Part shown: positions 1-10,926 of the stretch, piece after piece | How the letters are laid out: each line of letters opens with the position of its first letter | Position numbering within the stretch: position 1 is the first letter of the stretch | IMG/VR virus record: IMGVR_UViG_3300037493_004064 | Location: 1-64,000 of that record | From: a virus | Length of the DNA: 64,000 nucleotides | Strand: one strand, 5' to 3' | Program-made: the position numbers and the translations under genes | Notes under the pieces: generated by a model | Told to the model about the DNA's origin: nothing | The model's input: the letters and a program-made list of their open reading frames with translations, nothing else | Database searches by the model: none

Positions 1-3000
1 CCAGATGTACCACTAAATCCTGAGTATCCGCTGATTCCAGATGTTCCAGACCAACCAGAGATACCTGAGTAGCCACTGATACCAGATGTACCACTAAATC
101 CTGAGTATCCGCTGATACCTGAGTATCCCGATTTGCCTGATGTTCCACTGAATCCTGAGTATCCACTGATTCCAGATGTACCACTAAATCCTGAGTATCC
201 ACTGATTCCAGATGTACCACTAAATCCTGAGTATCCACTGATACCGGATGTTCCGCTAAATCCTGAGTATCCCGATGTACCAGACCAACCAGAGATGCCT
301 GAGTATCCGCTGATGCCGGATGTACCAGACCAACCAGAGATGCCTGAGTAGCCACTGATGCCAGATGTTCCAGACCAACCAGAGATACCTGAGTAGCCAC
401 TGATACCAGATGTACCACTAAATCCTGAGTATCCACTGATACCGGATGTTCCGCTAAATCCTGAGTATCCCGATGTACCAGACCAACCAGAGATGCCTGA
501 ATAGCCACTGATACCAGATGTACCAGACCAACCAGAGATGCCTGAGTATCCGCTGATTCCAGATGTTCCAGACCAACCAGAGATACCTGAGTAGCCACTG
601 ATACCAGATGTACCACTAAATCCTGAGTATCCGCTGATACCTGAGTATCCCGATTTGCCTGATGTTCCACTGAATCCTGAGTATCCACTGATTCCAGATG
701 TACCACTAAATCCTGAGTATCCACTGATACCGGATGTTCCGCTAAATCCTGAGTATCCCGATGTACCAGACCAACCAGAGATGCCTGAATAGCCACTGAT
801 ACCAGATGTACCTGACCATCCACTTATTCCCGATGTTCCAGACCAACCAGACACACCTGATGTTCCACTGAATCCTGAATAGCCACTGATTCCAGATGTT
901 CCTGACCAACCAGAGATTCCTGAATAGCCACTGATTCCAGATGTTCCTGACCAACCAGAGATGCCTGAGTATCCGCTGATTCCAGATGTTCCTGACCAAC
1001 CAGAGATACCTGAGTATCCGCTGATTCCAGATGTTCCTGACCAACCAGAGATACCTGAGTAGCCACTGATTCCAGATGTACCACTAAATCCTGAGTATCC
1101 GCTTACACCTGATGTTCCTGACCAGCCACTTATTCCTGAGTAGCCGGATGCTCCTGACCAACCACTAAATCCTGAGTATCCACTGATGCCTGATGTGCCA
1201 CTAAATCCTGAGTAGCCACTGATGCCCGAGTATCCACTGATGCCAGATGTACCTGACCAACCGCTTACACCGCTTGTGCCCGACCAACCAGACACACCAG
1301 ATGTACCACTGAATCCTGAGTAGCCAGATGTTCCTGACCAACCAGAGATTCCTGAATAGCCACTGATGCCTGATGTTCCTGACCAGCCACTGATACCTGA
1401 GTATCCACTGATGCCAGATATACCGGACCATCCACTGATGCCCGAAGTGCCACTGATACCTGAGTATCCACTGATGCCCGAAGTGCCACTGATACCTGAG
1501 TATCCGCTTACACCCGATGTGCCTGACCATCCACTGATACCTGAGTATCCGCTTACACCCGATGTGCCTGACCAACCGCTTATTCCTGAGTAACCCGATG
1601 TTCCTGACCATCCAGATATACCTGATGTGCCTGACCATCCGCTGATACCTGATGTTCCGCTAAATCCTGAGTATCCACTGATACCGGATGTTCCGCTAAA
1701 TCCTGAGTAGCCCGATGTGCCCGATGTGCCACTCCAGCCACTGATGCCTGAGTACCCACTGATGCCAGATGTACCTGAGTAGCCGCTGATACCAGATGTT
1801 CCACTGTTGCCAGATGTTCCTGACCAACCAGAGACACCAGATGTTCCACTGAATCCCGAGTAGCCAGATGTACCCGATGTGCCCGAGAATCCCGAGTAGC
1901 CAGATGTGCCTGATGTGCCCGAGAATCCCGAGTAGCCAGATGTACCCGATGTGCCCAAGAATCCCGAGTAGCCAGATGTTCCACTTAAGCCCGAGTAACC
2001 AGATGTACCAGATGTTCCACTGAAGCCCGAGTATCCAGAAGTGCCAGATGTACCTGAGAAGCCCGAGTATCCAGAAGTGCCAGATGTACCTGAGAAGCCC
2101 GAGTATCCAGAAGTGCCTGATGTACCAGATGTTCCACTGAAGCCCGAGTAGCCAGATGTACCAGATGTTCCACTGAAGCCCGAGTAGCCAGATGTACCAG
2201 ATGTACCGGAGATGCCTGACCAGCCAGATGTTCCGGAGATACCAGACCAACCAGATGTGCCACTGAGACCAGATGTTCCCGATTGACCTGAGTAACCCGA
2301 GGTGCCATCGATGCCTGAGTAACCACTGACACCTGAGTAGCCCGAGGTGCCTGATTGACCTGAGTAACCCGAGGTGCCTGATTGACCCGAGTAGCCAGAT
2401 GCACCAGATGTTCCACTGAATCCCGAGTATCCACTGACGCCAGATGTTCCACTGAATCCCGAGTAACCAGATGTGCCCGAGAATCCAGAGTAACCAGATG
2501 TGCCTGATGTTCCACTGATTCCCGATGTACCTGACCATCCACTGACGCCCGATGTTCCTGATTCACCGCTTGTACCTGACCAACCAGAAGTTCCTGATGT
2601 ACCGGAGAAGCCCGAGTAGCCACTGAGTCCTGAAGTACCTGACCATCCACTGACGCCTGACTCACCAGATGTGCCACTCCAACCGCTGATACCTGAGTAT
2701 CCACTGATTCCCGAGTAACCACTGACGCCTGACTCACCAGAGGTGCCACTCCAACCGCTGATACCTGAGTATCCACTAATACCGGATGTTCCGCTAAACC
2801 CCGAGTAACCACTGATACCAGATGTACCTGACCAACCAGAGATTCCTGAATAGCCACTGATGCCTGATGTGCCGGACCAACCAGAAGTTCCTGATTCACC
2901 TGAAGTACCTGACCAACCAGAGATTCCTGAATAGCCACTGATGCCTGATGTTCCTGACCAACCTGATTCACCTGAAGTACCTGACCAACCGGATAACCCT

Positions 3001-5612
3001 GAGTATCCGCTGATGCCAGATGTACCACTGAACCCTGAGTAGCCACTGATGCCCGATTCTCCTGAAGTACCCGACCATCCACTGAATCCCGAGTAGCCAC
3101 TGATGCCTGAGTAACCACTGACACCCGAGTAGCCACTGATGCCTGATGTGCCGGACCAACCAGAAGTTCCTGATTCGCCGCTTGTACCCGACCATCCACT
3201 GATGCCCGAGTATCCTGATGTGCTTGCTCCCGAAACACCACTTATTCCCGAGTAACCACTTTCACCTGATGTGCCTGACCATCCACTTATACCGCTTGTA
3301 CCGGACCAGCCGGATATTCCTGACTCTCCTGATGTGCCGGACCAACCGCTTATTCCTGAGTATCCAGATGTACCTTGTATAGGACCAACATCTGTCCAAT
3401 TATTTGCGCCGTCAGATACAGCACCATCACCAGCATCAAATCCGCCGCCGGCGTGTGTTACGACATATAGATCACCTGCTGCTGCGCCGAGAGGCAAGAA
3501 TGAGTAATCGTATACTGCACCCTTAAGAGCAACTGAGTCCCCAGAATGTCCTGATGTACCTGACCAGCCACTGACGCCTGACCAGCCACTGACGCCCGAC
3601 GTTCCACTGAATCCCGAGTAGCCACTGATGCCTGATGTTCCAGACCAACCAGAAGTTCCTGATTCACCAGATGTGCCGGACCAGCCACTGACGCCTGAGT
3701 ATCCACTGATGCCTGAAGTACCTGACCATCCAGAAGTTCCTGATTCACCTGATGTGCCGGACCAACCTGATACACCTGAGTATCCACTGATGCCTGAAGT
3801 ACCTGACCAACCAGAAGTTCCTGATGTGCCTGATGTGCCGGACCAACCAGAAGTTCCTGATTCACCAGATGTGCCGGACCAGCCACTGACGCCTGAGTAG
3901 CCACTGATGCCTGAAGTACCTGACCAACCAGAAGTTCCTGATTCACCAGATGTGCCGGACCATCCACTGATGCCTGAGTATCCACTGATGCCTGAGTATC
4001 CACTGATGCCTGAGGTGCCTGATTCACCAGATGTGCCGGACCAACCAGAAGTACCTGACTCACCTGAAGTACCTGACCAACCAGAGATTCCTGAATATCC
4101 GCTGATACCAGATGTTCCTGACCAGCCACTTATTCCTGATGTGCCTGATGTGCCGGACCAACCAGAAGTTCCTGATTCACCTGAAGTACCTGACCAACCA
4201 GAAGTTCCTGAATAGCCACTGATGCCTGATGTTCCTGACCAACCAGAAGTTCCTGATTCACCAGAAGTACCTGACCATCCACTGACGCCCGAGTAGCCAC
4301 TAATGCCTGAAGTACCTGAGTATCCACTGATGCCTGATGTGCCGGACCAACCAGAATTACCTGACTCACCTGAAGTACCTGACCAACCAGAGATTCCTGA
4401 ATATCCGCTGATACCAGATGTTCCTGACCAGCCACTTATTCCTGATGTGCCTGATGTGCCGGACCAACCAGAAGTTCCTGATTCACCTGAAGTACCTGAC
4501 CAGCCACTGACGCCTGAGTATCCACTTATTCCTGATGTGCCTGATGTTCCTGACCAACCAGAAGTACCTGACTCACCTGAAGTACCTGACCAGCCAGAGA
4601 TTCCTGAGTATCCACTGATGCCTGAATTACCTGAGTAGCCACTGATGCCTGATGTGCCTGATGTGCCGGACCAACCAGAAGTTCCTGATTCACCTGAAGT
4701 ACCTGACCAACCAGAGATTCCTGAATATCCGCTGATGCCTGAAGTACCTGAGTAGCCACTGATGCCTGATGTGCCGGACCAACCAGAAGTTCCTGATTCA
4801 CCAGATGTGCCCGACCAGCCACTGACGCCTGAGTATCCACTAATGCCTGATGTGCCGGACCAACCAGAAGTTCCTGATTCACCAGATGTGCCTGACCAAC
4901 CAGAAGTTCCAGACCATCCACTGACACCCGAGTATCCACTGATGCCTGAATTACCCGAGTAGCCACTGATGCCTGATGTGCCTGATTCACCTGAAGTACC
5001 TGACCATCCACTGATGCCTGATGTGCCGGACCAACCAGAAGTTCCTGATTCACCAGATGTGCCTGACCAACCAGAAGTTCCAGACCATCCACTGATGCCC
5101 GATGTTCCACTGACACCTGAGTATCCACTGATGCCTGATGTGCCTGATTCACCAGATGTGCCGGACCAACCAGAAGTTCCTGATTCGCCGCTTGTCCCAG
5201 ACCATCCACTGATGCCTGATGTACCAGAGAAGCCGGATGTTCCTGACCAACCAGAGATTCCCGAGTAGCCACTGATGCCAGATGTACCTGACCATCCACT
5301 GATGCCAGATGTACCTGACCAACCCGAAGTACCTGATTCGCCCGAAGTACCTGAATAGCCACTGATGCCTGACCAACCTGAAGTACCTGAAGTACCTGAC
5401 CAACCAGAAGTTCCTGATTCACCGCTTGTACCTGACCAACCTGAAGTACCTGAAGTACCTGACCAACCAGAAGTTCCTGATTCACCGCTTGTACCTGACC
5501 AACCAGAAGTTCCTGATTCGCCTGAGTATCCAGATGTTCCTGATTCACCGCTTGTACCCGAGTATCCAGAAGTTCCTGATTCGCCTGAGTATCCAGAAGT
5601 TCCTGCTGCGCC
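1..5612. repeat. 9-bp-period coding tandem repeat (Gly-X-Ser), interrupted once at about 3375-3540
   Basis: Recurring plus-strand 9-mers such as cctgatgtg, cctgagtat, cctgaccaa and ccactgatg. Larger duplications are present, e.g. 19-206 is identical to 541-728. Confidence 0.95.
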
Positions 5613-6116
5613 CGTCACCCAGGCGAGATTACCTGAGCCATCTGTTCCTAAAACATTAGTCGCGGATCCACCTGCTATATGAATATTTGACAGCGATCCT
5701 AGATTTACGTTAGGTGATGTGTCAAAGTTTACGTTACCTACGATGTTACCAGTAGATAGTGTTGGAACAGCCAATGTTCCTGTGATATTATTATAGGAGA
5801 AACCAACAGAGGCGCCGAATTCACCGGCGTCATTATATTGTACTTGTGTATTGCTTCCACCAGGTGTGCCGTTACCGCCACCACCACCACCAGTTGTCCA
5901 GGCTAAGTTGCCGGCACCATCTGTTTGGAGAACTTGTCCGTTTGTACCACCGGCGATATGGACGTTTGCAATGTTGCCGAGGTTAGCATCTGATGTTACA
6001 GTAAGATTCGCAACATTCGCCGTGTCAGTTATGACATGACCATTGGCATCAACGACTTCAACAGCAGGTATACCAACTGAAAACCCACCGATTGAATTGA
6101 ATGATTCTGCTGCCAT
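1..6116 (-). CDS. Giant collagen-like (Gly-X-Ser) fibre protein, more than 2030 aa, 3' end outside the window
   Basis: ATG at 6116 with a GGGA SD and GATAAATA upstream. It reads [26 protein letters not shown]...[18 protein letters not shown] (phage fibre-type motifs), then from about 5612 continuous [18 protein letters not shown] triplets. The frame at the left edge (codons 3-5, 6-8, 9-11 = S,T,G on minus) matches the start frame. The ORF track missed it because no stop codon lies in the window. Confidence 0.9.
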   Translation of the reverse strand, partial: MAAESFNSIGGFSVGIPAVEVVDANGHVITDTANVANLTVTSDANLGNIANVHIAGGTNGQVLQTDGAGNLAWTTGGGGGGNGTPGGSNTQVQYNDAGEFGASVGFSYNNITGTLAVPTLSTGNIVGNVNFDTSPNVNLGSLSNIHIAGGSATNVLGTDGSGNLAWVTGAAGTSGYSGESGTSGYSGTSGESGTSGYSGESGTSGWSGTSGESGTSGWSGTSGTSGWSGTSGESGTSGWSGTSGTSGWSGISGYSGTSGESGTSGWSGTSGISGWSGTSGISGYSGISGWSGTSGFSGTSGISGWSGTSGESGTSGWSGTSGESGTSGISGYSGVSGTSGISGWSGTSGWSGTSGESGTSGWSGTSGISGWSGTSGESGTSGISGYSGNSGISGYSGVSGWSGTSGWSGTSGESGTSGWSGTSGISGYSGVSGWSGTSGESGTSGWSGTSGISGYSGTSGISGYSGISGWSGTSGESGTSGWSGTSGTSGISGYSGNSGISGYSGISGWSGTSGESGTSGWSGTSGTSGISGYSGVSGWSGTSGESGTSGWSGTSGTSGISGWSGTSGISGYSGISGWSGTSGESGNSGWSGTSGISGYSGTSGISGYSGVSGWSGTSGESGTSGWSGTSGISGYSGTSGWSGTSGESGTSGWSGTSGTSGISGWSGTSGISGYSGISGWSGTSGESGTSGWSGTSGESGTSGISGYSGISGYSGISGWSGTSGESGTSGWSGTSGISGYSGVSGWSGTSGESGTSGWSGTSGTSGTSGWSGTSGISGYSGVSGWSGTSGESGTSGWSGTSGISGYSGVSGWSGTSGESGTSGWSGTSGISGYSGFSGTSGVSGWSGVSGWSGTSGHSGDSVALKGAVYDYSFLPLGAAAGDLYVVTHAGGGFDAGDGAVSDGANNWTDVGPIQGTSGYSGISGWSGTSGESGISGWSGTSGISGWSGTSGESGYSGISGVSGASTSGYSGISGWSGTSGESGTSGWSGTSGISGYSGVSGYSGISGYSGFSGWSGTSGESGISGYSGFSGTSGISGYSGLSGWSGTSGESGWSGTSGISGYSGISGWSGTSGESGTSGWSGTSGISGYSGISGWSGTSGISGYSGFSGTSGISGYSGISGWSGTSGESGVSGYSGISGYSGISGWSGTSGESGVSGWSGTSGLSGYSGFSGTSGTSGWSGTSGESGTSGVSGWSGTSGISGTSGTSGYSGFSGTSGYSGFSGTSGVSGYSGFSGTSGASGYSGQSGTSGYSGQSGTSGYSGVSGYSGIDGTSGYSGQSGTSGLSGTSGWSGISGTSGWSGISGTSGTSGYSGFSGTSGTSGYSGFSGTSGTSGTSGYSGFSGTSGTSGYSGFSGTSGTSGYSGFSGTSGTSGYSGLSGTSGYSGFLGTSGTSGYSGFSGTSGTSGYSGFSGTSGTSGYSGFSGTSGVSGWSGTSGNSGTSGISGYSGTSGISGYSGISGWSGTSGTSGYSGFSGTSGISGYSGFSGTSGISGWSGTSGISGWSGTSGYSGISGWSGTSGVSGYSGISGWSGTSGVSGYSGISGTSGISGYSGISGTSGISGWSGISGISGYSGISGWSGTSGISGYSGISGWSGTSGYSGFSGTSGVSGWSGTSGVSGWSGTSGISGYSGISGYSGFSGTSGISGYSGFSGWSGASGYSGISGWSGTSGVSGYSGFSGTSGISGYSGISGWSGTSGISGYSGISGWSGTSGISGYSGISGWSGTSGISGYSGISGWSGTSGISGYSGFSGTSGVSGWSGTSGISGWSGTSGISGYSGISGWSGTSGYSGFSGTSGISGYSGFSGTSGISGYSGFSGTSGKSGYSGISGYSGFSGTSGISGYSGISGWSGTSGISGYSGISGWSGTSGISGYSGISGWSGTSGYSGFSGTSGISGYSGFSGTSGISGYSGISGWSGTSGISGYSGISGWSGTSGISGYSGISGWSGTSGYSGFSGTSGISGYSGFSGTSGISGYSGFSGTSGISGYSGFSGTSGKSGYSGISGYSGFSGTSGISGYSGISGWSGTSGISGYSGFSGTS

Positions 6117-6134
6117 AATTTATTCCCTATACTT

Positions 6135-6142
6135 TATTTATC
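6135..6142 (-). promoter_or_regulatory. T4-type late promoter (GATAAATA) for the collagen-like gene
   Basis: Resembles the gp55-dependent TATAAATA box and lies 18 nt upstream of the ATG at 6116. Confidence 0.6.
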
Positions 6143-6198
6143 ATTGTTTTTATTTTCGGTATCTGAAACGCACAGAATAAAACACCCGAGTGTGCTTT

Positions 6199-6206
6199 TA
6201 TAAATA
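6199..6206 (+). promoter_or_regulatory. T4-type late promoter TATAAATA
   Basis: Perfect consensus, 4 nt before the ATG at 6211. Confidence 0.7.
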
Positions 6207-6210
6207 GTAT

Positions 6211-6537
6211 ATGCTCAGAAAACAACCGACACGGCCGCTATGCATGAACTGTAATCAAGTGCCTGCTAAACCAAATGGCATCAGCAAACTTGGATTCAAA
6301 AAGTGGCACCGATATTGTGTTGATTGTGCGAAGGCGACATACAATCCGCTGTTCGGTTATCTTCTTTCAAAGAAAAACAAATGCGAGAAATGTGGATTTG
6401 AAGCCAAAGACAAATGCCAATTGGACCTGATAAAGAAGGTGACAATGTGCGCTAACTGTAGTAGGCTTCACAGAAAAAACCAAAGAAAAAAGTCAGTGCT
6501 GGATATCACCACTGACTCTGAAGTTGGCATAAGTTAA
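6211..6537 (+). CDS. Small Cys-rich zinc-binding protein resembling a degenerate HNH endonuclease
   Basis: Four CxxC pairs (CMNC, CVDC, CEKC, CANC). CEKCGF...CQLD...CANC follows the small phage HNH layout but lacks the central His/Asn loop. Confidence 0.6.
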   Translation: MLRKQPTRPLCMNCNQVPAKPNGISKLGFKKWHRYCVDCAKATYNPLFGYLLSKKNKCEKCGFEAKDKCQLDLIKKVTMCANCSRLHRKNQRKKSVLDITTDSEVGIS

Positions 6538-6559
6538 AAAAAAGCAGACCGAAGTCTGC
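6536..6559 (-). terminator. Rho-independent terminator with a UUCG loop
   Basis: Minus strand reads GCAGAC-TTCG-GTCTGC followed by 8 T, downstream of the 6580-6909 gene. Confidence 0.85.
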
Positions 6560-6579
6560 CAAACTTCCCATCCCAAGGG

Positions 6580-6909
6580 TTATTTCTTCAGCGGAGCATT
6601 ATCTGCCGCTCTTTGTTCTTTGTTTGTTTCGTTCAATTTACGTAGGTATCTCTGATAAAGTGCCTCATCTTCCGGAGATAACTTACCTTTTTGTGCCTGC
6701 TTCTTCATATCAAGTTTGAATACTTCATCCTCTGTTCGTTCAAGTTTTAAAGAACGAATCTGTGTTTCCATTGAGCGTTGCATCACTTGAACATCCGCTG
6801 CTGATGCGTAGTGAGAGTCGATTGCCCAGAATCCACCAAGAATAGCAACTATTCCAGCGGCAGTTGAACCTAACTTAGCAAAACTGAATCCGGTTTTTTC
6901 TTCTGGCAT
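6580..6909 (-). CDS. Hypothetical single-pass membrane protein with a coiled coil
   Basis: Hydrophobic segment AAGIVAILGGFWAI followed by a charged helical tail. AGGAG SD and AATAAATA (6926-6933) upstream. Confidence 0.7.
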   Translation of the reverse strand: MPEEKTGFSFAKLGSTAAGIVAILGGFWAIDSHYASAADVQVMQRSMETQIRSLKLERTEDEVFKLDMKKQAQKGKLSPEDEALYQRYLRKLNETNKEQRAADNAPLKK

Positions 6910-6942
6910 ACGCTCTCCTTTATTCTATTTATTCTAGGCATG

Positions 6943-6967
6943 AAAAAAGGGCACCGAAGTGCCCTTT
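6943..6967 (-). terminator. Rho-independent terminator after the major capsid gene
   Basis: Minus strand reads AAAGGGCAC-TTCG-GTGCCCTTT-TTT. Confidence 0.9.
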
Positions 6968-6983
6968 GTGGTTACATCCAATT

Positions 6984-8180
6984 TTATTGGAATGTAAGAT
7001 TTGAAACCGCAATTTCCCCAACATAGTCAGCCGCGTTACCGAAGCTGGATGCAGTGTTAGTAAGCTCGATGTAACCGTAACGGGTCATAAATGACACGAC
7101 TGGTTCGAACGTAGCCGGATCCAGCACAACACCACTGCTCATCAACGGAATGTAAGGGCAATAGAATGCCGCTGCATCTGTTTCACTAGAACCCTTATAA
7201 CCAACTAGCACTGGCGTGCTATCTGGTGCATACGAGTCCACGAACACGCGCATTGCGCCGTTTAGTGTACCGACAAACTTGGTGTTTGTAGGTGCTTCGA
7301 ATGTGCCTTCTGTAGTACGAGCAAACGCAGAAGTTGTAGCCGATTGCAACACGGTTAGTGCAGCAGACGAAACAACAGCCCAGTTACCAGCGCCACGACG
7401 AGTGCGTTGAGCAATCAAGTTAGCAACACGGTTAATAAGAACAGCCAAAGCAGCATGTTCGTCACCAACGTATGTAGCGGTACCAGAAACGGTAGCCTGA
7501 TTGTATGTGTACTCAGTTGAAGCAAGAGTACGAAGTGACAGAAGAATTTCTTGGTCAATTTCAGCGGTAATTTCTTGCGCTAATGCTGCCATGATTTCTG
7601 CTTCCACATCGATACCGTGTTGGCTTTGAGCATCTTGCGCTGCTTCAAATGTCCAACGTGCTTGCAACTTACGTGACTTGGCTTCAACAGCCTGACGTAG
7701 AATTTGCACAGAGATTTGCTTACCACCATTGCCTTCAAGGGCAGCAGTATTAGCACCAGTGTACTGATCGGTAGTCGTAGCAGCATTTGGCACACGTGAA
7801 TACGCCTGAGCGATCATGAATGGGCTTAATGCTTCTTGACCAGCAGTAACTGGAGTTGCAGCAGCACTGGTATCACCCAATGACTGAGCATAACGAACAC
7901 GCAGAGTGTGAATCTGACCAACTGGTCCTGTCATTGGCTGAACGCCCACCAATTCGTTAGCAATAACGGTTGGCATGACACGACGAATCACCGGTAGAAT
8001 CACACGGTTTAACGTGGCGATGTTACCAGCAGTAGTTGTACCTACTGTAGATTCAGCAAGTAGCTGTTTCTTGGTGTTTTCTAAAATAACACCCATTGTT
8101 GAACGACGAGTTCCTTTTAAACCTTCTAACAGGGCTTCTTTGGTCTCATTCCAACGGCCTTCTAAGAGTACTTTTGACAT
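6984..8180 (-). CDS. gp23: Major capsid protein (T4 gp23-like)
   Basis: Hallmark motifs VGVQPMTGPVGQIHTLR, EAKSRKLQARWTFEAAQD, YCPYIPL and FEPVVSFMTRYG. Confidence 0.96.
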   Translation of the reverse strand: MSKVLLEGRWNETKEALLEGLKGTRRSTMGVILENTKKQLLAESTVGTTTAGNIATLNRVILPVIRRVMPTVIANELVGVQPMTGPVGQIHTLRVRYAQSLGDTSAAATPVTAGQEALSPFMIAQAYSRVPNAATTTDQYTGANTAALEGNGGKQISVQILRQAVEAKSRKLQARWTFEAAQDAQSQHGIDVEAEIMAALAQEITAEIDQEILLSLRTLASTEYTYNQATVSGTATYVGDEHAALAVLINRVANLIAQRTRRGAGNWAVVSSAALTVLQSATTSAFARTTEGTFEAPTNTKFVGTLNGAMRVFVDSYAPDSTPVLVGYKGSSETDAAAFYCPYIPLMSSGVVLDPATFEPVVSFMTRYGYIELTNTASSFGNAADYVGEIAVSNLTFQ

Positions 8181-8204
8181 GTATTTTCTCCTTTTATGTC
8201 TATT

Positions 8205-9305
8205 TTATAGCCCTGCCAAGCGTTTGATATCGATAACGTTATCACGTTGTTCCATATCAATTGGTGCTTGTTTAGCAGCTTTATCCCCGGTCACTTCCTT
8301 AACTGTTTCTCTAAGCGCAGTCTTTCCAGACTTCACAGAACCAGTGTTAAGAACTGATGGTAGATACTTGTCGAAAGATGTTTGTAACTTTACAGTCTGA
8401 ACACTTTCTAGTAAGTCCTTCATTACTACTTGCTTTTCCGCTGTTAGCGTACCTAGCAATTTCGTCATAACTTCCTTGCGGCTGTTAGACTCTTTAATGA
8501 CACGAACTTCACGTTCCTTACTTTCCACAAGAAGTTTTGCCTTCTTGGTTAGTTCGATAGATTCAGCCAGCTTCTTGTCTTTCTGTGCTAACTGGGCAAC
8601 AAGTTTACGAGTTTCCGCTTTCTCATTTAAATGAGTCACAGAAAATTCACTTGCAAACGCCTCGAACAGACGACGACCAAAACTATTTTCTCTTGCAGTC
8701 TTGATGTCCTCTCGTAATTGTCCTAATTCACCCTTGAGTTGGCTAGTTACGGCTTCGTTAATTCTCTTAGCAGATTCGGTCACGAAACGTGCCTTCAGTG
8801 CTTCAAGTTGTTTACGGCCTTCAGCAACTAATTTGACCTTTGCTTCAACAACAGCCTGTTTGTCCTGGGCGAATTCTTTAATTTCGCGGGCAAGAGCATG
8901 AACAATGAATTGCTCAAGTTTTTGCTGACTTTCGTTTTGTTGTTTACGGTCTGAACGAACTTCTTTGATTTCTTCGGATAGTTTAGTAACCATAAAATCA
9001 TTGAAGCGTGTTGCAGTCTCACGCAATTTTTGTTGTGCTTTCACACGGTCTTCGTTCATTGCTTGTCGTTCCACTTGAAATTCTTCAATCTCAGCAGTCA
9101 GACCAGATGTAACCATCTTATCAAGGGACTCTACCAACACACCACGATCATGCTCGTAGCGTTGCGCGAACTCCTCACGAAGTTCAGCACGTACCTGCTC
9201 CTTGGCCTCGACCAACTTAGATTCCCATGCTTCGTTAATAGCTTGGGAGACATCTTCGTTGATTAGTCCGCCGTCAAGTAATGGTTGTAATGCTTTATCA
9301 ATCAT
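8205..9305 (-). CDS. gp22: Prohead core scaffolding protein (gp22-like)
   Basis: Glu/Lys-rich coiled coil located between the protease and capsid genes, as in T4. Confidence 0.85.
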   Translation of the reverse strand: MIDKALQPLLDGGLINEDVSQAINEAWESKLVEAKEQVRAELREEFAQRYEHDRGVLVESLDKMVTSGLTAEIEEFQVERQAMNEDRVKAQQKLRETATRFNDFMVTKLSEEIKEVRSDRKQQNESQQKLEQFIVHALAREIKEFAQDKQAVVEAKVKLVAEGRKQLEALKARFVTESAKRINEAVTSQLKGELGQLREDIKTARENSFGRRLFEAFASEFSVTHLNEKAETRKLVAQLAQKDKKLAESIELTKKAKLLVESKEREVRVIKESNSRKEVMTKLLGTLTAEKQVVMKDLLESVQTVKLQTSFDKYLPSVLNTGSVKSGKTALRETVKEVTGDKAAKQAPIDMEQRDNVIDIKRLAGL

Positions 9306-9316
9306 TAACTTCCCCT

Positions 9317-9949
9317 TTATAGTTTGAGGTCTCTAATCAGACGAACCACTTCGTCCTTTAGATACTTCTGTACTTTTTTGTTGTCTTGAGCCTCTTTAGC
9401 AATCATCAAGGTTTTATGACCATATTTCATGTTCATCATACCTTCATAAATTGCCTTAGGATAAGCGTTTGGTGCGCTTGGCTGGGCAACAACATCAACA
9501 GTGATTATTTCAAAATCACTGACACGGCCATCAGCTTCGTTAACGTTTCCGCTACCTCTGCTTGATACACCTAGTTTGACACCAGACTCTAACATGGTAG
9601 TTACTAACATACCCATTGGAGTTGGTAGAATTTTAAGCTTTCCGAAACCATTCGCGCCGTCCATCCACATTTGAGTAATCATATGGGATACACGATCAAG
9701 ATTGATTTTCAGATCGTCCGGGTGATCGACTTCACCGAGGACAGAATAGCCTGTTGTAATTTGTTCATTAAGAGTTTGGACAGCCGACTCAATCTCAGAA
9801 ACGGGATAGACGCGCTCATTCGCGTTCTTGATCCCGCCCTGGATAAAAATCCCTTTCATATAAAGGGACTTTTTGTCGCCGTCTTCCTTAACAGATTCAA
9901 CCACGATATTAGCGCGGTCGAAAGTTAAGTTTTCCTTAAGGTAAGCCAT
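9317..9949 (-). CDS. gp21: Prohead protease (gp21-like)
   Basis: Motifs GIFIQGGIKNANERVYP, LGEVDHP, GVSSRGSG and DVVAQPSAPNAY. Confidence 0.95.
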   Translation of the reverse strand: MAYLKENLTFDRANIVVESVKEDGDKKSLYMKGIFIQGGIKNANERVYPVSEIESAVQTLNEQITTGYSVLGEVDHPDDLKINLDRVSHMITQMWMDGANGFGKLKILPTPMGMLVTTMLESGVKLGVSSRGSGNVNEADGRVSDFEIITVDVVAQPSAPNAYPKAIYEGMMNMKYGHKTLMIAKEAQDNKKVQKYLKDEVVRLIRDLKL

Positions 9950-9958
9950 TACACTTAA

Positions 9959-10825
9959 TTATTTACGTTTACGGGATTCAACAATGCTCTTGTTGTTTGT
10001 ACCCGATGCTTGACTTGTAGTTGGCTTTGGCGCCGCTTCACCGTCTTGCTTCTTCTGACCCGGGGAGTTCTTGAAAGAACCAGCACCCTTAACAGATGTT
10101 TCACCCTTGGTGTAAGCATTGCTAGGAGCCTTAGGGGCAGTAGGAACTGCTTCTGGAGAACCAGTTACGTTGACTGGCTTAGCACCAGTTGAAACTACTT
10201 TTGGTTTTGTCAGAGCAATGCTCTTTGCGTTTGAACCGTTGTCGCCGCCGATTTTAGAACCGTAAAGTCCCTTGACGTTTTGTAGAGCAACTGCTTCTGC
10301 AAGTGGTTCTTCTTCGTCACCGAATTCGTCAGCACCTTCTTCATCGCCCATGTCCATGTCGTCAGCGCCTTCAATAGAACCGTCACCTTCTTCGTCACCG
10401 AAGTCACCACCGTGTTCTGCTTCGCCTTCTTCGTCTGCCATGAGTTCTTCAAACTCAGCCATTAGTTCGTCTAATTTATCTTCAAGAGAAACTACACGAT
10501 CTTCCAATCCTTCTTCGCCCTCAATTCCGCCTTCGTCACCGAAGTCTTCGTCGCCGTCAAGTGAAATTTCACCTTCGTCACCGAAATCTTCTTCTCCACC
10601 GAAATCGTCCAGGTCTTCATCTTCTTCAGAGATACCTTCTTCTTCAACATTGATTTCGTCTAACAGATCACCGACTTGACCACCCATTTGACCCTCGTCG
10701 TCCATCATGCCTTCATAAATTTCGCGTGATTTCTCCACGACGATATCATGAAATAATGCACGGGCTTGTTCTTCGTTTTCGTTAGTGATCAGGTTGATCA
10801 ACTGTTCAAATTTCTTATTGTCCAT
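9959..10825 (-). CDS. Highly acidic prohead core / internal head protein
   Basis: D/E/G-rich middle and a basic Pro-rich tail. Lies between portal and protease, where T4 has gp67/gp68. Confidence 0.65.
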   Translation of the reverse strand: MDNKKFEQLINLITNENEEQARALFHDIVVEKSREIYEGMMDDEGQMGGQVGDLLDEINVEEEGISEEDEDLDDFGGEEDFGDEGEISLDGDEDFGDEGGIEGEEGLEDRVVSLEDKLDELMAEFEELMADEEGEAEHGGDFGDEEGDGSIEGADDMDMGDEEGADEFGDEEEPLAEAVALQNVKGLYGSKIGGDNGSNAKSIALTKPKVVSTGAKPVNVTGSPEAVPTAPKAPSNAYTKGETSVKGAGSFKNSPGQKKQDGEAAPKPTTSQASGTNNKSIVESRKRK

Positions 10826-10855
10826 TGGAATCTCCTTGTGTTAATGGCTATACTA

Positions 10856-10863
10856 TATTTATA
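10856..10863 (-). promoter_or_regulatory. T4-type late promoter TATAAATA for the head operon
   Basis: Perfect consensus upstream of 10825, followed by an AGGAG SD. Confidence 0.75.
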
Positions 10864-10926
10864 ACATAGTCACCAAACTAACGTATTATGTGCTACTTTT
10901 TAGCACTTTTGAAGGAGATATAGGAA

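Noticed and set aside
1-5612. Possible CRISPR array or DGR-like repeat pair
   Set aside because: There is no constant repeat with unique spacers, the periodicity is codon-based, and there is no reverse transcriptase or adenine-specific variation in the window.
133-5682. About 25 ORF-track calls (PDVPxxPEYP..., HLASV..., LVRNIW...)
   Set aside because: They are antisense or off-frame shadows of the 9-bp-period Gly-X-Ser gene. They are fragmented by stops and lack RBSs, while the true frame is continuous.
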